Positions 22,362-34,146 of a DNA stretch of 64,000 nt are shown one piece after another. Under the pieces are notes generated by a model. It was not told the origin of the DNA and made no database searches. It was given only the letters and a program-made list of their open reading frames with translations. The translations under genes and the position numbers were made by a program. Position 1 is the stretch's first letter, and every line of letters starts with the position of its first letter. Source of the stretch: Mustelus asterias (Eukaryota); contig NC_135805.1 of the NCBI RefSeq assembly GCF_964213995.1, positions 41,726,001 through 41,790,000 of the forward strand. The letters run 5' to 3'.

Positions 22362-24099
22362 AATTGGCGAATGGTGGGTTGGTGAGAATGCTTTGATGCA
22401 GTCTACAAAGATCATCATTGGAGTTGGACAAATTTGCTAATTATAAAGGTACATGGATGGTATTAGTGGAAGAGGAAGGCATCCATCCACAGCTAAGAGC
22501 TGAGCAAGATGAAGACAAACTAAGAGCCTAAAGTGGCTACTGCTGAGCCATCTCTACGGACATTCAAAGAAGAAACAATTGCCTCGTGTATTGGCAGTCC
22601 TCTTCACATCTGCACAAAGCAGTGACCAAAAGCACTTGTTGCTGATGTTAGCCTCTGTACTAATCCAACTTGTTAATTCTTCATTCTGCAACAGCCAAAC
22701 AAAGCTCACTGGAAACACCTAGAACAAAATGTAACCAACTCCCTTCACCAGAAATAATACATATGATAGTTTTTTTTACACTAGTGCTTCACATTGGTGA
22801 CAGTGTACGATCTGTTTGGACCAGATTCCTGGTTCGTCTCGAGAGGCTGGAATAAGTACAATGGCTGGCCGTTGGATTTCAGGACCTGAGTGTGGCCCCC
22901 TAACTCCTTGTGTTTCTTCAGATGGCTCTGCAACTGCTCATGCCACATCTGCTACTCGTGATGGCTTCCCGGTTTATCGGCACGCCTCCCACCATTTTGG
23001 AATGGGGTCTGGAAAGGTGTGGTGCTAAACCGGCTTCAGAAGCAATGGCATCATCAGCTCTGTCCAGCCAGGCCTCTGCTCCTTCAGTTGGGCCTGGAAA
23101 CAGATCTCAGCAGCAATGAGGGCAGAGAGGCCTTGTATAAATTCTCATGTCTCAGCATGTTGAACTCAAAGTTTGGAACTGGAGACCTCCACAGTGGCTG
23201 TCTGAACATTCAAGAAAGATTATTCTTTTTTTAATCACTAAAGGCTTCAGTGAAGATATATTCCTGGCATTTTCATGATGAATTGCAGCACTGAAAAGCT
23301 CTGAAATAGCTTTGGAGATGCAATTAAAGGATTTCCCCCACATTGCCAAATCTTGCAAGATTCCTTCCACATTATTCACTGGCTACAGACCGAGTTGATG
23401 TCAATGAGCATTCGTTCATTTAAGTGTAGTTTCAGTTTCAGAGCACTACGCTGTAGGTGGACGGGAACTGGTTTTGCAGGGAGAAGATTCTTGCTCTCCT
23501 TACCTGTCTCTAGTAGCTGCCTGTGCTTATTGATGCTCTGTGCTTTTTTGGTGAACCCAACTCTGTCTATCGGGGTTGGTGCTTGACGAATGTTTGACTG
23601 AGTGCCTGTTAGTGCCGGAAAATAATGGGTTCAGACCTGCCACTCAATGCTGTAGATTCTACTTTAGGTGCACCTAAAGCAACAGAGAAAGAGTTCGCTG
23701 TCATGATGCCTGAAACCAAGTCCCAAAGCAGAACTTATACAACAAATTGCATGTTACGGTATTTTCCTGGCATCGCTGCGTGTGAGCGAGTGAGCACTAA
23801 CTATAAAAGGCTAGTACTAGACTTTCTCGGGTGAGGCTTATCGGTTAATCTCTAAGCATTATCTTTTGGCAGTGCCCATGTCAAGCTGGGGCTGTGCACA
23901 CTGAATGTGGGTCTAAAATTGGTGAGCCCTCATTCAGTTCAGAGCTCCTGTTATGAATTGCTTTGCTCAGCAAAGAGGAAGAAATAGTGTGGAAGAACAC
24001 AAGAACAAGTAACAACCCACTGGCTACTTTGCAGCCTCACTTCAGCCTGAGTAACTGAATACACATGTTACATGTTCCAAAATCCAAGGATTTTTGGAA

Positions 24100-25250
24100 A
24101 TATATTAATGATTTGGAGGAAAGAACAGAGTACTGTAGCCAAATTTGCAGACGATACGAAGGTGGGAGGGAAGGCAGGTGGTAAGGTTTGCAGAGAGACA
24201 TTGACAGGTTCAGTGAGTGGGCAGAAAATTGACAAATGGAATTCAACGTGGGAAAATGTGAGATTGTTCATTTTGGAAGAGAGAATGCGAAGGCGGATTA
24301 TTATTTAAATGGAGAGGGGCTGCAGAAAGCTGTAGCACAAAGGGACTTGGGGCCCTTGTTCATGAAACTCAGAAAGCTAGTATACAGTTGCAGAAGATAA
24401 TAGGGAAGACAAATGGGATGCTGGGTTTTTTTTCAAGCGGGCTGGAGTATAAAAGTAAAAAGGTGTTACTGCAACAATACAATGTGCGAGTGAGGAGTTT
24501 GCATGTTTCCCCCGTGTCTGCGTGGGTTTCCTCCGGGTGCTCCTGTTTCCTCCCACAGTCTGAAAGACAAGCTGGTTGGGTGCATTGACCCGAACAGGCG
24601 CCAGAGTGTGGCGACTAGGGGAACTTCACAGTAACTTCATTGCCGTGTTAATGTAAGCCTTACTTGTGACTAATAAATAAACTTTTATTTTATTTAGAAT
24701 ACCGTGTGCAGTTTTGGTTCCCTTATTTAAGGAAAGGTATGTTATCATTGGAGGCAGCACAGAGGAGGTTTACTGGGATGATCCCGGGTATGGAGGGACT
24801 GCCAGATGAGGAAAGATTAAACAGGTGGAGTCTGAACTCTTTGGAGTTCAGTAGGATGAGAGGTGGTATGACTGAAACATATAAATTTCTTAGGGGGTTA
24901 GATTGGGTAAAAGTTAAGAGGATGTTTCCACTCATGAGCGAGTGTAGGACCAGGGGGTATAGTCTCAGAATAAGAAGGTATTCATTTAAGACAGATTTGA
25001 GGACGAATTTCTTCTCTCAAAGAGTGGTGAATCTTTGGAATTTTTTACCCCAGGAAGCTGTGGAAGTTGAGTCCTCGTGCATTTTCAAGGCTGAGATCAA
25101 TAGGTTTGTAATCAGTAGGGGAATTAAGGGCTACGGAGATAAGACAGGAAAGTGGATTGAATGTTGGATCACCTTATTAAATGAGGCGATCCAAACGCTC
25201 GAAGGGCTGAATGGCCGATTCCAATTTCTATTTCTATTTCTTATGGTCTT
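24100..25250 (+). mobile_element. CR1 3' fragment with a V-SINE type B piece inserted at ~24485-24695
   Basis: VAKFADDTKVGG, QFWFPYLRK and NFFSQRVVNLWN; tail ttcttatggtctta. Confidence 0.9.
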
Positions 25251-25309
25251 AAATGTTAGTTATGTGTTAACAATAGCAATCAGAGTTTATATAACATCTT
25301 TAAAAGACT

Positions 25310-25730
25310 AATACATTCAAAGAGCTTCACACGAGCATTATCATACAAAATCTGACTGCAAGCCACAGAAGAAATATTACCAGCTCTGAAATTCCCTTCC
25401 TACACCTCTCGGCCTCTCCCTCCTCTTTTAATATGCTCCTCAAAATCTATCTCTTTGACCAATCTTTACATCCCCTGCCCTAATACTTCCTGCGCTTAGA
25501 GTCCAAACAACTGAAAGCACAGTTGCCAATGGTGGAGCAATGTGGCTGTATAAGGGGAGAGAACTGGGGGAACACAGACATCTTCAGAGGGCTGGGAGAA
25601 AATTCAGAAATAGATGGGGCCAGGCTGTCGAGGGATTTGAAAACTGAGGCACGACTGAACCCAGAATCAATTTTGGCTGAAAGTTTCATTGGATCAGCAT
25701 TATGAATATTATAGTGACAAGAGCAGGTCA
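25310..25730 (-). mobile_element. L2 LINE 3' fragment with an internal inversion at 25382-25491
   Basis: IGNCAFSCL on the minus strand; the inverted block reads as plus-strand L2 end (aattcccttcct...ctcaaaatctatctctttgacc). Confidence 0.7.
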
Positions 25731-25870
25731 GAGGTGGGAATTCTGCAGTGAGTAACTCACTGCTTGACTCCCCAGAACCTGTCCACCATTTACAAGGCAC
25801 AAGTCAGAAGTGTGATGGAATATCCTCCACTTTAGGGGTTTAAAGTTTATTTATTAGTGTTGCAAGTAGG

Positions 25871-26660
25871 GACCTTTGACAAGGTCCCTCATGGCAGACT
25901 GGTGCAGAAGGTGAAGTCACATGGGATCAGAGGTGAGCTGGCAAGGTGGATACAAAACTGGCTCCGTCAAAGAAGACAAAGGGTAGCAGTGGAAGGGTGC
26001 GTTTCTGAATGGAGGGCTGTGACAAGTGGCGTTCATCAGGGATCAGTGCTGGGACCTTTGCTGTTTGTAATATATATAAATGATTTGGAGGAAAATGTAA
26101 CTGGTTTGATTAGTAAGTTTGTGGATGACACAAAGGTTGGTGGATTTACGGATCGCGATGAGGACCATCAGAAGATACAGCAGGATATAGATCAGTTGGA
26201 GACTTGGGCAGAGAGTTGGCAGATGGAGTTTAATCCAGACAAATGTGAGGTAATGCATTTTAGAAGGTCTAATAAAGATAGGAAATATACAGTAAATGGC
26301 AGAACCCTTAAGAGTATTGATAAACAAAGGGATCTGGGTGTACAGGTACACAGGTCACTGAAAGTGGCAATGCAGGTGGAGAAGGTAGTCAAGAAGGCAT
26401 ACGGCATGTTTGCCTTTATTGGCTGGGGCATTGAGTTTAAAAATTGGCAAGTCATGTTGCAGCTTTATAGAACCTTAGTGAGGCTGCACTTGGAATATAG
26501 TGTTCAATTCTGGTCGCCACACTACCAGAAGGATGTGGAGGCTTTGGAGAAGGTACAGAAAACATTTATCAGGATGTTGCCTGGTATGGAGGGCTTTAGT
26601 TATGAGGAGAGGTTGGAGAAACTTGGTTTGTTCTCACTGGAGCGACAGTGGTTGAGGGGC
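25871..26660 (+). mobile_element. Internal CR1 RT segment lacking the 3' tail
   Basis: Open frame FDKVPHGRL...FVDD...LFSLERQ; same subfamily as 63178-64000. Confidence 0.92.
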
Positions 26661-26669
26661 CTTTGTTTT

Positions 26670-26943
26670 TAGGCTTACATTAACACTGCAATGAAGTTAC
26701 TGTGAAAATCCCCTAGTCGCCACACTCCGGCGCCTGTTTGGGTACACTGAGGGAGAATTTAGCATGGCCAATTCACCTAACCTGCACATCTTTCAGCCTG
26801 TGGGAGGAAACCAGAGCACCCGGAGGAAACCCACGCAAACACGGAGAGAATGTGCAAACTCCATGCAGACAGTGACCCAAGCCGGGAATTGAACCCGTGT
26901 CCCTGGCGCGGTGAGGCAGCAGTGCTAACCTCCATGCCACCAT
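26670..26943 (-). mobile_element. V-SINE type B (extreme tail displaced to 25840-25870 by the CR1 insert)
   Basis: tttattagtgttgcaagTAGG | CR1 | TAGGcttacattaacactgc. Confidence 0.88.
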
Positions 26944-27268
26944 AGTGACATTGTCACTGAACTAGTATTCCAGGGACCCAGGGTAATGCTCTGGGGGCAC
27001 AGATTCAAATCTCACCATGGCAGATGGCAAAATTTGAATTGAATAAAAAAGTCTGGAATTAAAAGATGAACATTAAACTATTGTTGTAAAAAAAACTATC
27101 TGGTTTACTGATGTCCTTTAGGGGAAGGAAATCTGGCCTACATGTGACTCCAGAGCCACAGCAGTGTGGTTGATGTTTTTAAAAAATGTCCCTTCAAGGA
27201 CAATTAGAGATGAGCAATAAATGCTGGCCAGCCAGCAACTCCCACATCCCATGAAAGAATTAAAAAAA
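26940..27268 (+). mobile_element. SINE-C (tRNA head, LINE-B tail)
   Basis: B-box-like gattcaaatctc; the tail caattagagatgagcaataaatgctggcc..cccacatcccatgaa is shared with LINE-B ends. Confidence 0.8.
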
Positions 27269-28754
27269 CCTTCTCTTGGTGAAAGTTCAGCTCCAACATC
27301 ACTCAAGAAATTCAACAACATCCAGGACAAAGCAGCTGACTTGATTGCACCCAATCCACCACCTTTAACATCCACTCCCTCCCTCCATCACTGACACACA
27401 GTGGCAGCAGTGAGCGCCATCTACAAGATGCAATGCAGCAACTCACCAAGGCTCCATTGGCAGCACCTTCCAGACCCACAACCTGTACCATTTAAAAGCA
27501 CAGACATGTGGGAGAACTCCAATCTACAAGTCCCCCTCCAAGCCGCACACCATTCTGACTTGGAAAAATATCGCTATTCCTTCACTGTGACTGGGTAAAA
27601 AAACCTGGACCTCCCTTCCTAAAAGCATTGTGGGTATACCTACACCAGTCAGACTGCAGCAGTTCAGGAAGGCAGCTCACCAACAGCTTCTGAAAGGGGT
27701 GGACAAACAAATGTTGGCCTAGCGAGTAACGCTCACATATCGCAAAAGACAAGAAGATTGAAAATTACTGTGTGTACTCTCCTGCTGAATGACATGCCCT
27801 GATGCTGAAGGAAACTGTTTTCTCTGTCGACTAGGTGAAGTAAGGAGAGGAAATGGTTAGTGTCCTACAAACCGTGGTCATTTACTTAATACAGTGAAAC
27901 ACAGGAGCTTTTCCTTGGCCTATTCAACTTCCCCAAACCGGCCGCAGGTTCTCTGTATGTTATATAGTATTCACTCTGCCTGCCACCTCTGTGAATCAAT
28001 CTACGGATTTAACAGAGACAAGGCTTCTGGCAGGCATGAGAGAACACTGCACCAGAGGACACATGTACAGTTTAGCACTCACAAGGTATTCTGTACATTA
28101 AGCAGTCAAGCTGAGCTAGTTTCCCACGTGGAGGTGAACCTTCAGATCAGCTGTTGTGCTTTTTTGAGAAAGAAAAGCAACATACCCACTGGATGGGTTC
28201 CAAAAGGCATACATTTCCAAATCGCATTTGTTAACAGTTCAAGTTACTAGTCAAAACAATACTACTACTTTTAGTAAATGTTTTCATTTCCTGTCACGGA
28301 TTGAGGTGGCACAAAGTGGTGTTGACAACTCAATTTCTTACATACCGTGAATCTTATCACGAATTATCTGCTTATGTTACACGGGCTGCCCCAGGGCTCT
28401 GAACAAAGAGAAAGATGCAGTGCCTGAGATAAGAGGTGAAACAATTTTTCTTTGTAAAAGCATTGTAAGTAAACCTGCGCCTGAATAGCAGGGACGATGA
28501 AATGTGTTGCACTCCACTTGCCAGCTGCTGCGGTTCAGTAAGAGTACCATTTCACCCTTGCCTCTGCACACATGACTGAGTGGGTGTTGGCCAAGGGGGC
28601 TCCCCCCCGCACCATGGAGTCACTGCAGACCAAAGGTAGGGGCAAGAGTTTAAAAAAATGTCAAGTGTATGACGGTCTGTGTTTATCCTGTCTTGAAGTT
28701 AAACAAAGATGCTTACTGTTAGGACCTGTCACTTTCCCCCTCTTCATGTTCCGC

Positions 28755-28794
28755 TTAATGTGCCACAGCCGGTCGGTGGGTCACACTGGCAATC
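28755..28794 (-). other. Candidate exon start (strong 3' splice site) of an unidentified minus-strand gene
   Basis: Minus strand atactaaatcttcattttatctcctttttcag|GATTGCC, in a TE-free island. All three frames stop within 17 codons, which fits a terminal or UTR exon. Confidence 0.35.
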
Positions 28795-29243
28795 CTGAAA
28801 AAGGAGATAAAATGAAGATTTAGTATTCTGAGGGTAACTTGATTAATTAGTGATTAGGGGCAGACATACGCTGTTTATTAAAGAGGCATCTACCATAGGA
28901 CCAAGTGCCTTGACTGAAATATATCTATCACTCAATTGGGACTTCTATTTTTAATTGTTTCTTTAAATATTATTCTTTACAACCTCCTCCAATTCAGATT
29001 TGAAAGTGTGAATGGGATGGCAGATTCCAAGGGGCGGCTTGTGGGAAGATTGTTACCACTTTGGTTCGCTAGTTTCCAAATCTGCCCTGAGTCTTTCATT
29101 TATATATTTTTTTACTGTGTCCACCAATTATTTGTTTAAAGCGAACACAAAGGAAAGACACGGCGCAATCACATTGACAGCAATGTTCAGAGAGGGAATA
29201 TGTTTGAGAGATTCTCCGTCTCCCAGCACATTTCACAGCCGCC

Positions 29244-29338
29244 ATGGTTGAATACACAAAGGATGTCTGCAAATTGGACTATTTAAAAGACAAATTGATC
29301 ACCCCTCGGAAAACAAATTACCCAAAACTTATCTCGAG
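29244..29338 (+). CDS. Candidate first coding exon of an unidentified gene (MVEYTKDVCKLDYLKDKLITPRKTNYPKLIS)
   Basis: Perfect Kozak GCCGCCATGG, an open frame up to the consensus donor GAG|GTAAGT (phase 2), and TE-free context. The peptide is not recognised. Confidence 0.4.
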
Positions 29339-29993
29339 GTAAGTACTTATCATCCCCAGTGCTTACTCCCACACCAAAGTTCTCCTTTAATACAGTTCTC
29401 GCAATCTACTTAGCACTCAATCATTCAGTCAGAAATGCCTTCATGCCATCTGAGAATACTTATTCACTGCCTGGATTCCATCCCCTTTTCTTCAATCTGC
29501 TTTCAACATCACCTCTGATGTATTGGGCATCCGCACAGACTGAAGAGTCAGTGTCAAAATATGTAGTTTACGTTCTTTGCCCTTTTATCAGCAATGTATT
29601 TACGTGCGTGAATTTAGTTACCTGTTTATTAATATGAAAACAAATAAAACATTACATCTACAGAATGTATCATTGTGCTTGCTTGCTAAGATACCACTGC
29701 TGATGTTATCCAGACCGCAGTCATTCTAATCTCAACGCCATGGCATTTTTGATCATTATTTTTTTCACTGAGCAAATTCTAGGTCTTCTATCACGAATAA
29801 AACTCCTCTGGGTTACATCAATTACATGCTTACTGCCTTCCCAGTACTTCTGGGTTTTTCATCAGAGGAAAACAGCCGTAAATGCACGAATAAATACATT
29901 TTTGCACATGATCTGGATATGTATTTGAAAAGGGAATGTTTGTAGGACCAGGACACAAAAGAGCAGGGAAGAGCCACGAACTGAACACCTCTT

Positions 29994-30290
29994 TAGAATC
30001 ATAGAATCCCCACAGTGCAGAAGGAGGCCATTTGGCCCATCGAGTCTGCACCGACCACAATCCCATCCAGGCCCTATTCCCATAACCTCACATATTTACC
30101 CTGCTAATCCCCCAGACACTAAGGGTCAATTTAGCATGGCCAATCAACCTAACCCGCACATCTTTGGAGTGTGGGAGGAAACCGGAGCACCCGGGGGAAA
30201 CCCACGCAGACACGGGGAGACCGTACAAATTCCACATAGACAGTGACCCGAGGCCGGAATTGAACCAGGTCCCTGGCAGCAGTGCCACCT
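29994..30290 (-). mobile_element. HE1-type V-SINE with small deletions in the head
   Basis: V-domain and CR1 tail. Confidence 0.9.
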
Positions 30291-30483
30291 TGCAAAGGGC
30301 CAGCCAGTACGGACATGATGGGTCGAATGTCTCCTCCGGCTACCTGAAAACTGGACATTGTGAATTGGTGTACTCGAGTTCCAGAGTCTGCTTTAGCTTC
30401 CGGGTCTGTTTTATTGATTATATTTCTGCTTAGATCCCTCACCTCCACCTCTCTTCTTCCTTCTCTTCTACTGTGTCCACATT

Positions 30484-30955
30484 GGGTGGAATTTTATGAC
30501 CTCATTGCGCCTGTTTTGCAGTGGGAAAATATCGTAAAATTGGATGTGATGCGACTCGTGGGATGGCACCTGTTTTTGTGCCCATTCCCATTTTACCAAG
30601 AAAAAAAGAATTGGCATGATCAGGACCCTGCTCAAAATGGGCAAAGCATTAATTTGCATTCTTTTGCATCCATCACAATGTCATTAGTGAGCTTCACTCC
30701 CAATCATCCCAGCTCACCTGGCTGAACCACCTCCTTCGCTGCGGCTGATCAGTCAGGAAAACACCTCATGTATAAAAGTCGCATTCGGACGTTTGTGTAG
30801 AGAGGATGAGCGAGGAGGTAAGTTTCTGCTTTCAAACTGCTCTGTGCTGCTCGGGGCTTGGCGGGGGGGGGAACAGGGGGCTTGTTTTGTTGCAGCCATG
30901 GTGTGTTTTGGGTCGGGAGGGGGCCTGTGAGTGTGTGGGGGCTGGGGGCTCTGTT
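30484..30955. mobile_element. Truncated PIF/Harbinger-like element, followed by an isolated V-SINE head at 30961-31015
   Basis: Starts GGGTGGAATTTTA, identical to the TIR of the MITE at 36757. Confidence 0.55.
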
Positions 30956-31797
30956 GTTCACAGGTCCCTGGTGCTGTCAGGCAGCAGTGCTAACCACTTT
31001 ACCACCATGCCGCCCATAAGATGGCAGCATCCTGTTAATAAAAATGCCACTTGTGTTGCTTTTGCATTGCAGCTGCTGCTCAGATTTTTGAGATACTTTT
31101 GAGATACTTTACACTTCCAGGGTAATTTGAGAGACGAGGCACTTTTCACATCTGAAGGTGATAACTTTAGGCTCATTTGTGAGAATGTGTGATACACATC
31201 TCGTAGTTATCTGATCAGGGTAGTTATTATCCAGCAGGATAGCTTTGGCGCACACTATTTCACCTTTTCCATGCAGTATAAATTGTTGCTCCCTTTGAAA
31301 TTTGGCATTCTTGTGTCAATTCTGATGGGTGCTAAATGAAAAGATTCAATAGTATGCCTTTTTTTTTCATTAATACTCAAGTTTGGACAAAAAAAGGACT
31401 TGTTGGTCCATCAAGCCAGTCCCCTATTGTTGAGGTGTGTTATATCCTTAAGAAATAGATACCCCCTACCCAGTGGGGAGCAGAGACAATCTCCTGGGAG
31501 AAGAGAAAAATCAGGTGAGTGAATCTGCTTGACTGAAAGATGTTGAACCTTTAATAACTGCATTGGTTGAGCTATCATTTTGGTCACCAAAAATCAACTA
31601 TATAAGGCACTTGTAATAAAATAAAGCCTGCAACTTTATTGAGTGCACCTGTTTACTCTGCAATGATCTTCTTTCTTAGCCTCCCCGAACAAGCTTAAAC
31701 AAATGTTTATGCTCTATAACAGGCAGCTCCAATTAAAATGGTGGTGGGGGAGGGGTTGTTAACTATTGGCTGCCATTTTGAATACAATAATCTGCAC

Positions 31798-32035
31798 AAA
31801 ATAAAAGCAAATGACTGCGGATGCTGGAATCTGGAACCAAAAGAGAAAATGCTGGAAAATCTCAGCAGGTCAGGCAGCATCTGTAAGGAGAGAAAAGAGC
31901 TGATGTTTGGAGTCCAGACGACCCTTTGTCAAAGCTCTGACAAAGGGTCATCCAGACTCAAAACGTCAGCTCTTTTCTCCCCCTACAGATGCTGCCAGAT
32001 CTGCTGAGATTTTCCAGCATTTTCTCTTTTGATGG
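31798..32035. mobile_element. Palindromic short Penelope-derived element with two back-to-back HHR motifs and a 13-bp TSD
   Basis: Inverted repeat 31838-32031 centred on AGCT (31933-31936); CAATAATCTGCAC at 31785-31797 and 32036-32048. Confidence 0.85.
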
Positions 32036-32178
32036 CAATAATCTGCACCATCCACTTATGGGAATGATCTTATTTCCAGGGAGATGCAGCTTCCTTGGAG
32101 ACAGTTTATAATCATAATCTTTCTGCAAGTGCACATGTCTGAGGTAAACCACTGTTAAGCTTATTGCCTGAGTATGTG

Positions 32179-32387
32179 TGTGTGAGACATGCCTGGGCAT
32201 GCCCCTGCCGGCCCTGCCTGAGACTCCTCCCCCCTCCCTGGTCCAGGTATAAAGGTGACTGCTCCCCACCCCCCTGCCTCAGTCTCTGGACCAGTTCATC
32301 AGCATGGGTGTGCTCCAAGTCTTTTGCGAATAAAAGCCTATTTGTTTTTGCATACAAACTAGTCTTTGCTTGATTGATAGTGCATCA
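32179..32387 (+). mobile_element. Solo LTR (Gypsy-like)
   Basis: TG...CA termini, TATAAA at 32248, AATAAA at 32329, flanks ATGTG/ATGTC. Confidence 0.7.
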
Positions 32388-33014
32388 ATGTCTTCATCCC
32401 TTCTACTGACTACCACATGTGCCTGGAAGAACTTTATAAAAATTGACTTTTTGATAGCCCAGCGAGCTTTTAATACAGAAGCAGAGACCAGATCTGATTC
32501 TGAGATGGCTGCTGAAAACAGGCATTAGGCCTTCTGTGTACCTTGACACTGTCCTTTCTTTTAAGATCCCTCTGCCAAATTAAGGTGACCTGAGTGAGGT
32601 AAATCAAAGTATTACAGATTAAACTTTTGAAATGTCTCAGCTGCAGTTTTCATTTCTCAAGTATTGACCACGCTAAGGAATTCATCAGTCACTTTTTCAA
32701 TGCATGGTACCTGGCGTTATAAAGACAATAAACTTAACAATTGAGAGCAGTGCTGATTTCCAACCATTGATAGTGCCGACCACAAGTTTCCAGTTTACTG
32801 TCAGTATATATCCAAGCTGCAGGTGTAAATGCTTAACCCTCCTTGCCCAGTGCAAACGGAGGCATTTGACCTGTGCAAAAAATAACTTGTATTAGTTTGT
32901 TATGTATGTTGGGGCATGCCCCTTTAAGAGAAAGGCTCAGATGACATGGGCTTCAAGCTCCACCCTGGGTGGAGCTTGCCTAGCCAGTCTTGTGCTGACT
33001 GTGCTAGGATTATT

Positions 33015-33065
33015 GGCGGCATGGTAGAACAGTGGTTAGCACTTCTGCACTGTAGGATTCTATGA
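33015..33065 (+). mobile_element. Micro-SINE: HE1 5' end fused directly to its 3' tail
   Basis: ggcggcatggtagaacagtggttagcact + tctgcactgtaggattctatga. Confidence 0.7.
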
Positions 33066-33095
33066 TAAGGACATGTTAATAAAAGTTAAGAAATA

Positions 33096-33393
33096 GCACG
33101 GTGGCACAGTGGTGATGTCCGCTGCCTCACAACACCAGGGACCCGGGTTCAATTTCCGGCTTGGGTCACTATCTGTGAGGAGTCTGCACATTCTCCCTGT
33201 GTCTGTGTGGGTGCTCCGGTTTCCTCCCACAGTCCAAAAGATGTGCTGGTTAGGTGCATTGGCCATGCTAGATTCTCCCTCAGTGTACCTGAATAGGTGC
33301 CAGAGTGTGGTGACTAGGGGATTTTCACAGTAATTCCACTGCTGTGTGAATGTAAGCCGACTTGTGACTAATAAATACATTTTACTTTACTTT
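33096..33393 (+). mobile_element. V-SINE type B
   Basis: Head, V-domain and type-B tail. Confidence 0.9.
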
Positions 33394-33509
33394 AGTCCCA
33401 GTAACTTTACTACCACTGATCTCTCTCTCTCTCCCCCCCATGAGGAACAAATTTGGGAAAACATAAAAACATTGCTATTCAGTGAGAAGTGGACCAACAG
33501 ACCAGACCA

Positions 33510-33772
33510 GTAGAGGGGAAAGAATTAATGGGAACCTGAGGAGCAACGTTTTTTACACAGAGTGTGGTACATATGTGGAATGAGCTGCCAGAGGAAGTGA
33601 TCGAGGCAGGGATATTGACAACATTTAAAATGCATTTGGACAGGTACATGGATAGGAAAGGTTTAGAGGGATATGGACCAAATGCAGGCAAATGGGGTTG
33701 GCTTAGATGAGCTTTTTGATCGGCATGGGCCAGTTTGGGCCAAAGGGCCTTCTCCGTGCCGTAGATTCTATG
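33510..33772 (+). mobile_element. CR1 extreme 3' fragment
   Basis: ttttacacagagtgtgg..tggaatgagctgccagagg; tail gattctatga. Confidence 0.85.
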
Positions 33773-34146
33773 AACCAGTGGAATGGACATCTCATTAAGT
33801 TAACGGGCACAGTCTTCATGAGATGGTGTTCTGCAGACTTGCTTGTTTGTAAACCAGTCATAACATAAATCACCACCATCAGTACAATGTCATTGTGAAA
33901 ATGGTACTTCTCCCAGCCCAGTCAAATTAAAACTATTTGCCAAAACTGTCCTCAAGTACACAATTTATTTAGCAATTTATACACCAGTGCTAAATCTCAT
34001 TCCTCTAATAATGATAAATCTATTCCAGTCTGAGAATTATACAGCAGTCCATCCATTATTAAGTTCCATTTACTCCAGTGGAATAGTCAACAGAGGCAGT
34101 AATGAGATCATTTGATTCAAAATTCGAATGAATCTTGGGGATAATT

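Larger units (their letters stand above)
25760..27750 (+). mobile_element. LINE-B 3' fragment (25760-25832 and ~27270-27750) hosting nested SINE-C, V-SINE and CR1
   Basis: Both halves are colinear with the copy at 47480-47645/48600-48940. Confidence 0.75.

Noticed and set aside
30266-30971. Apparent 11-bp TSD CAGGTCCCTGG around a 685-bp insert in a SINE head
   Set aside because: The left SINE continues with its own deleted head (ggcagcagtgccacc), so the repeat is better explained by two separate SINE copies that share the motif.
31459-31520. Consensus donor CAG|GTGAGT at ~31514
   Set aside because: There is no convincing upstream acceptor or recognisable peptide.
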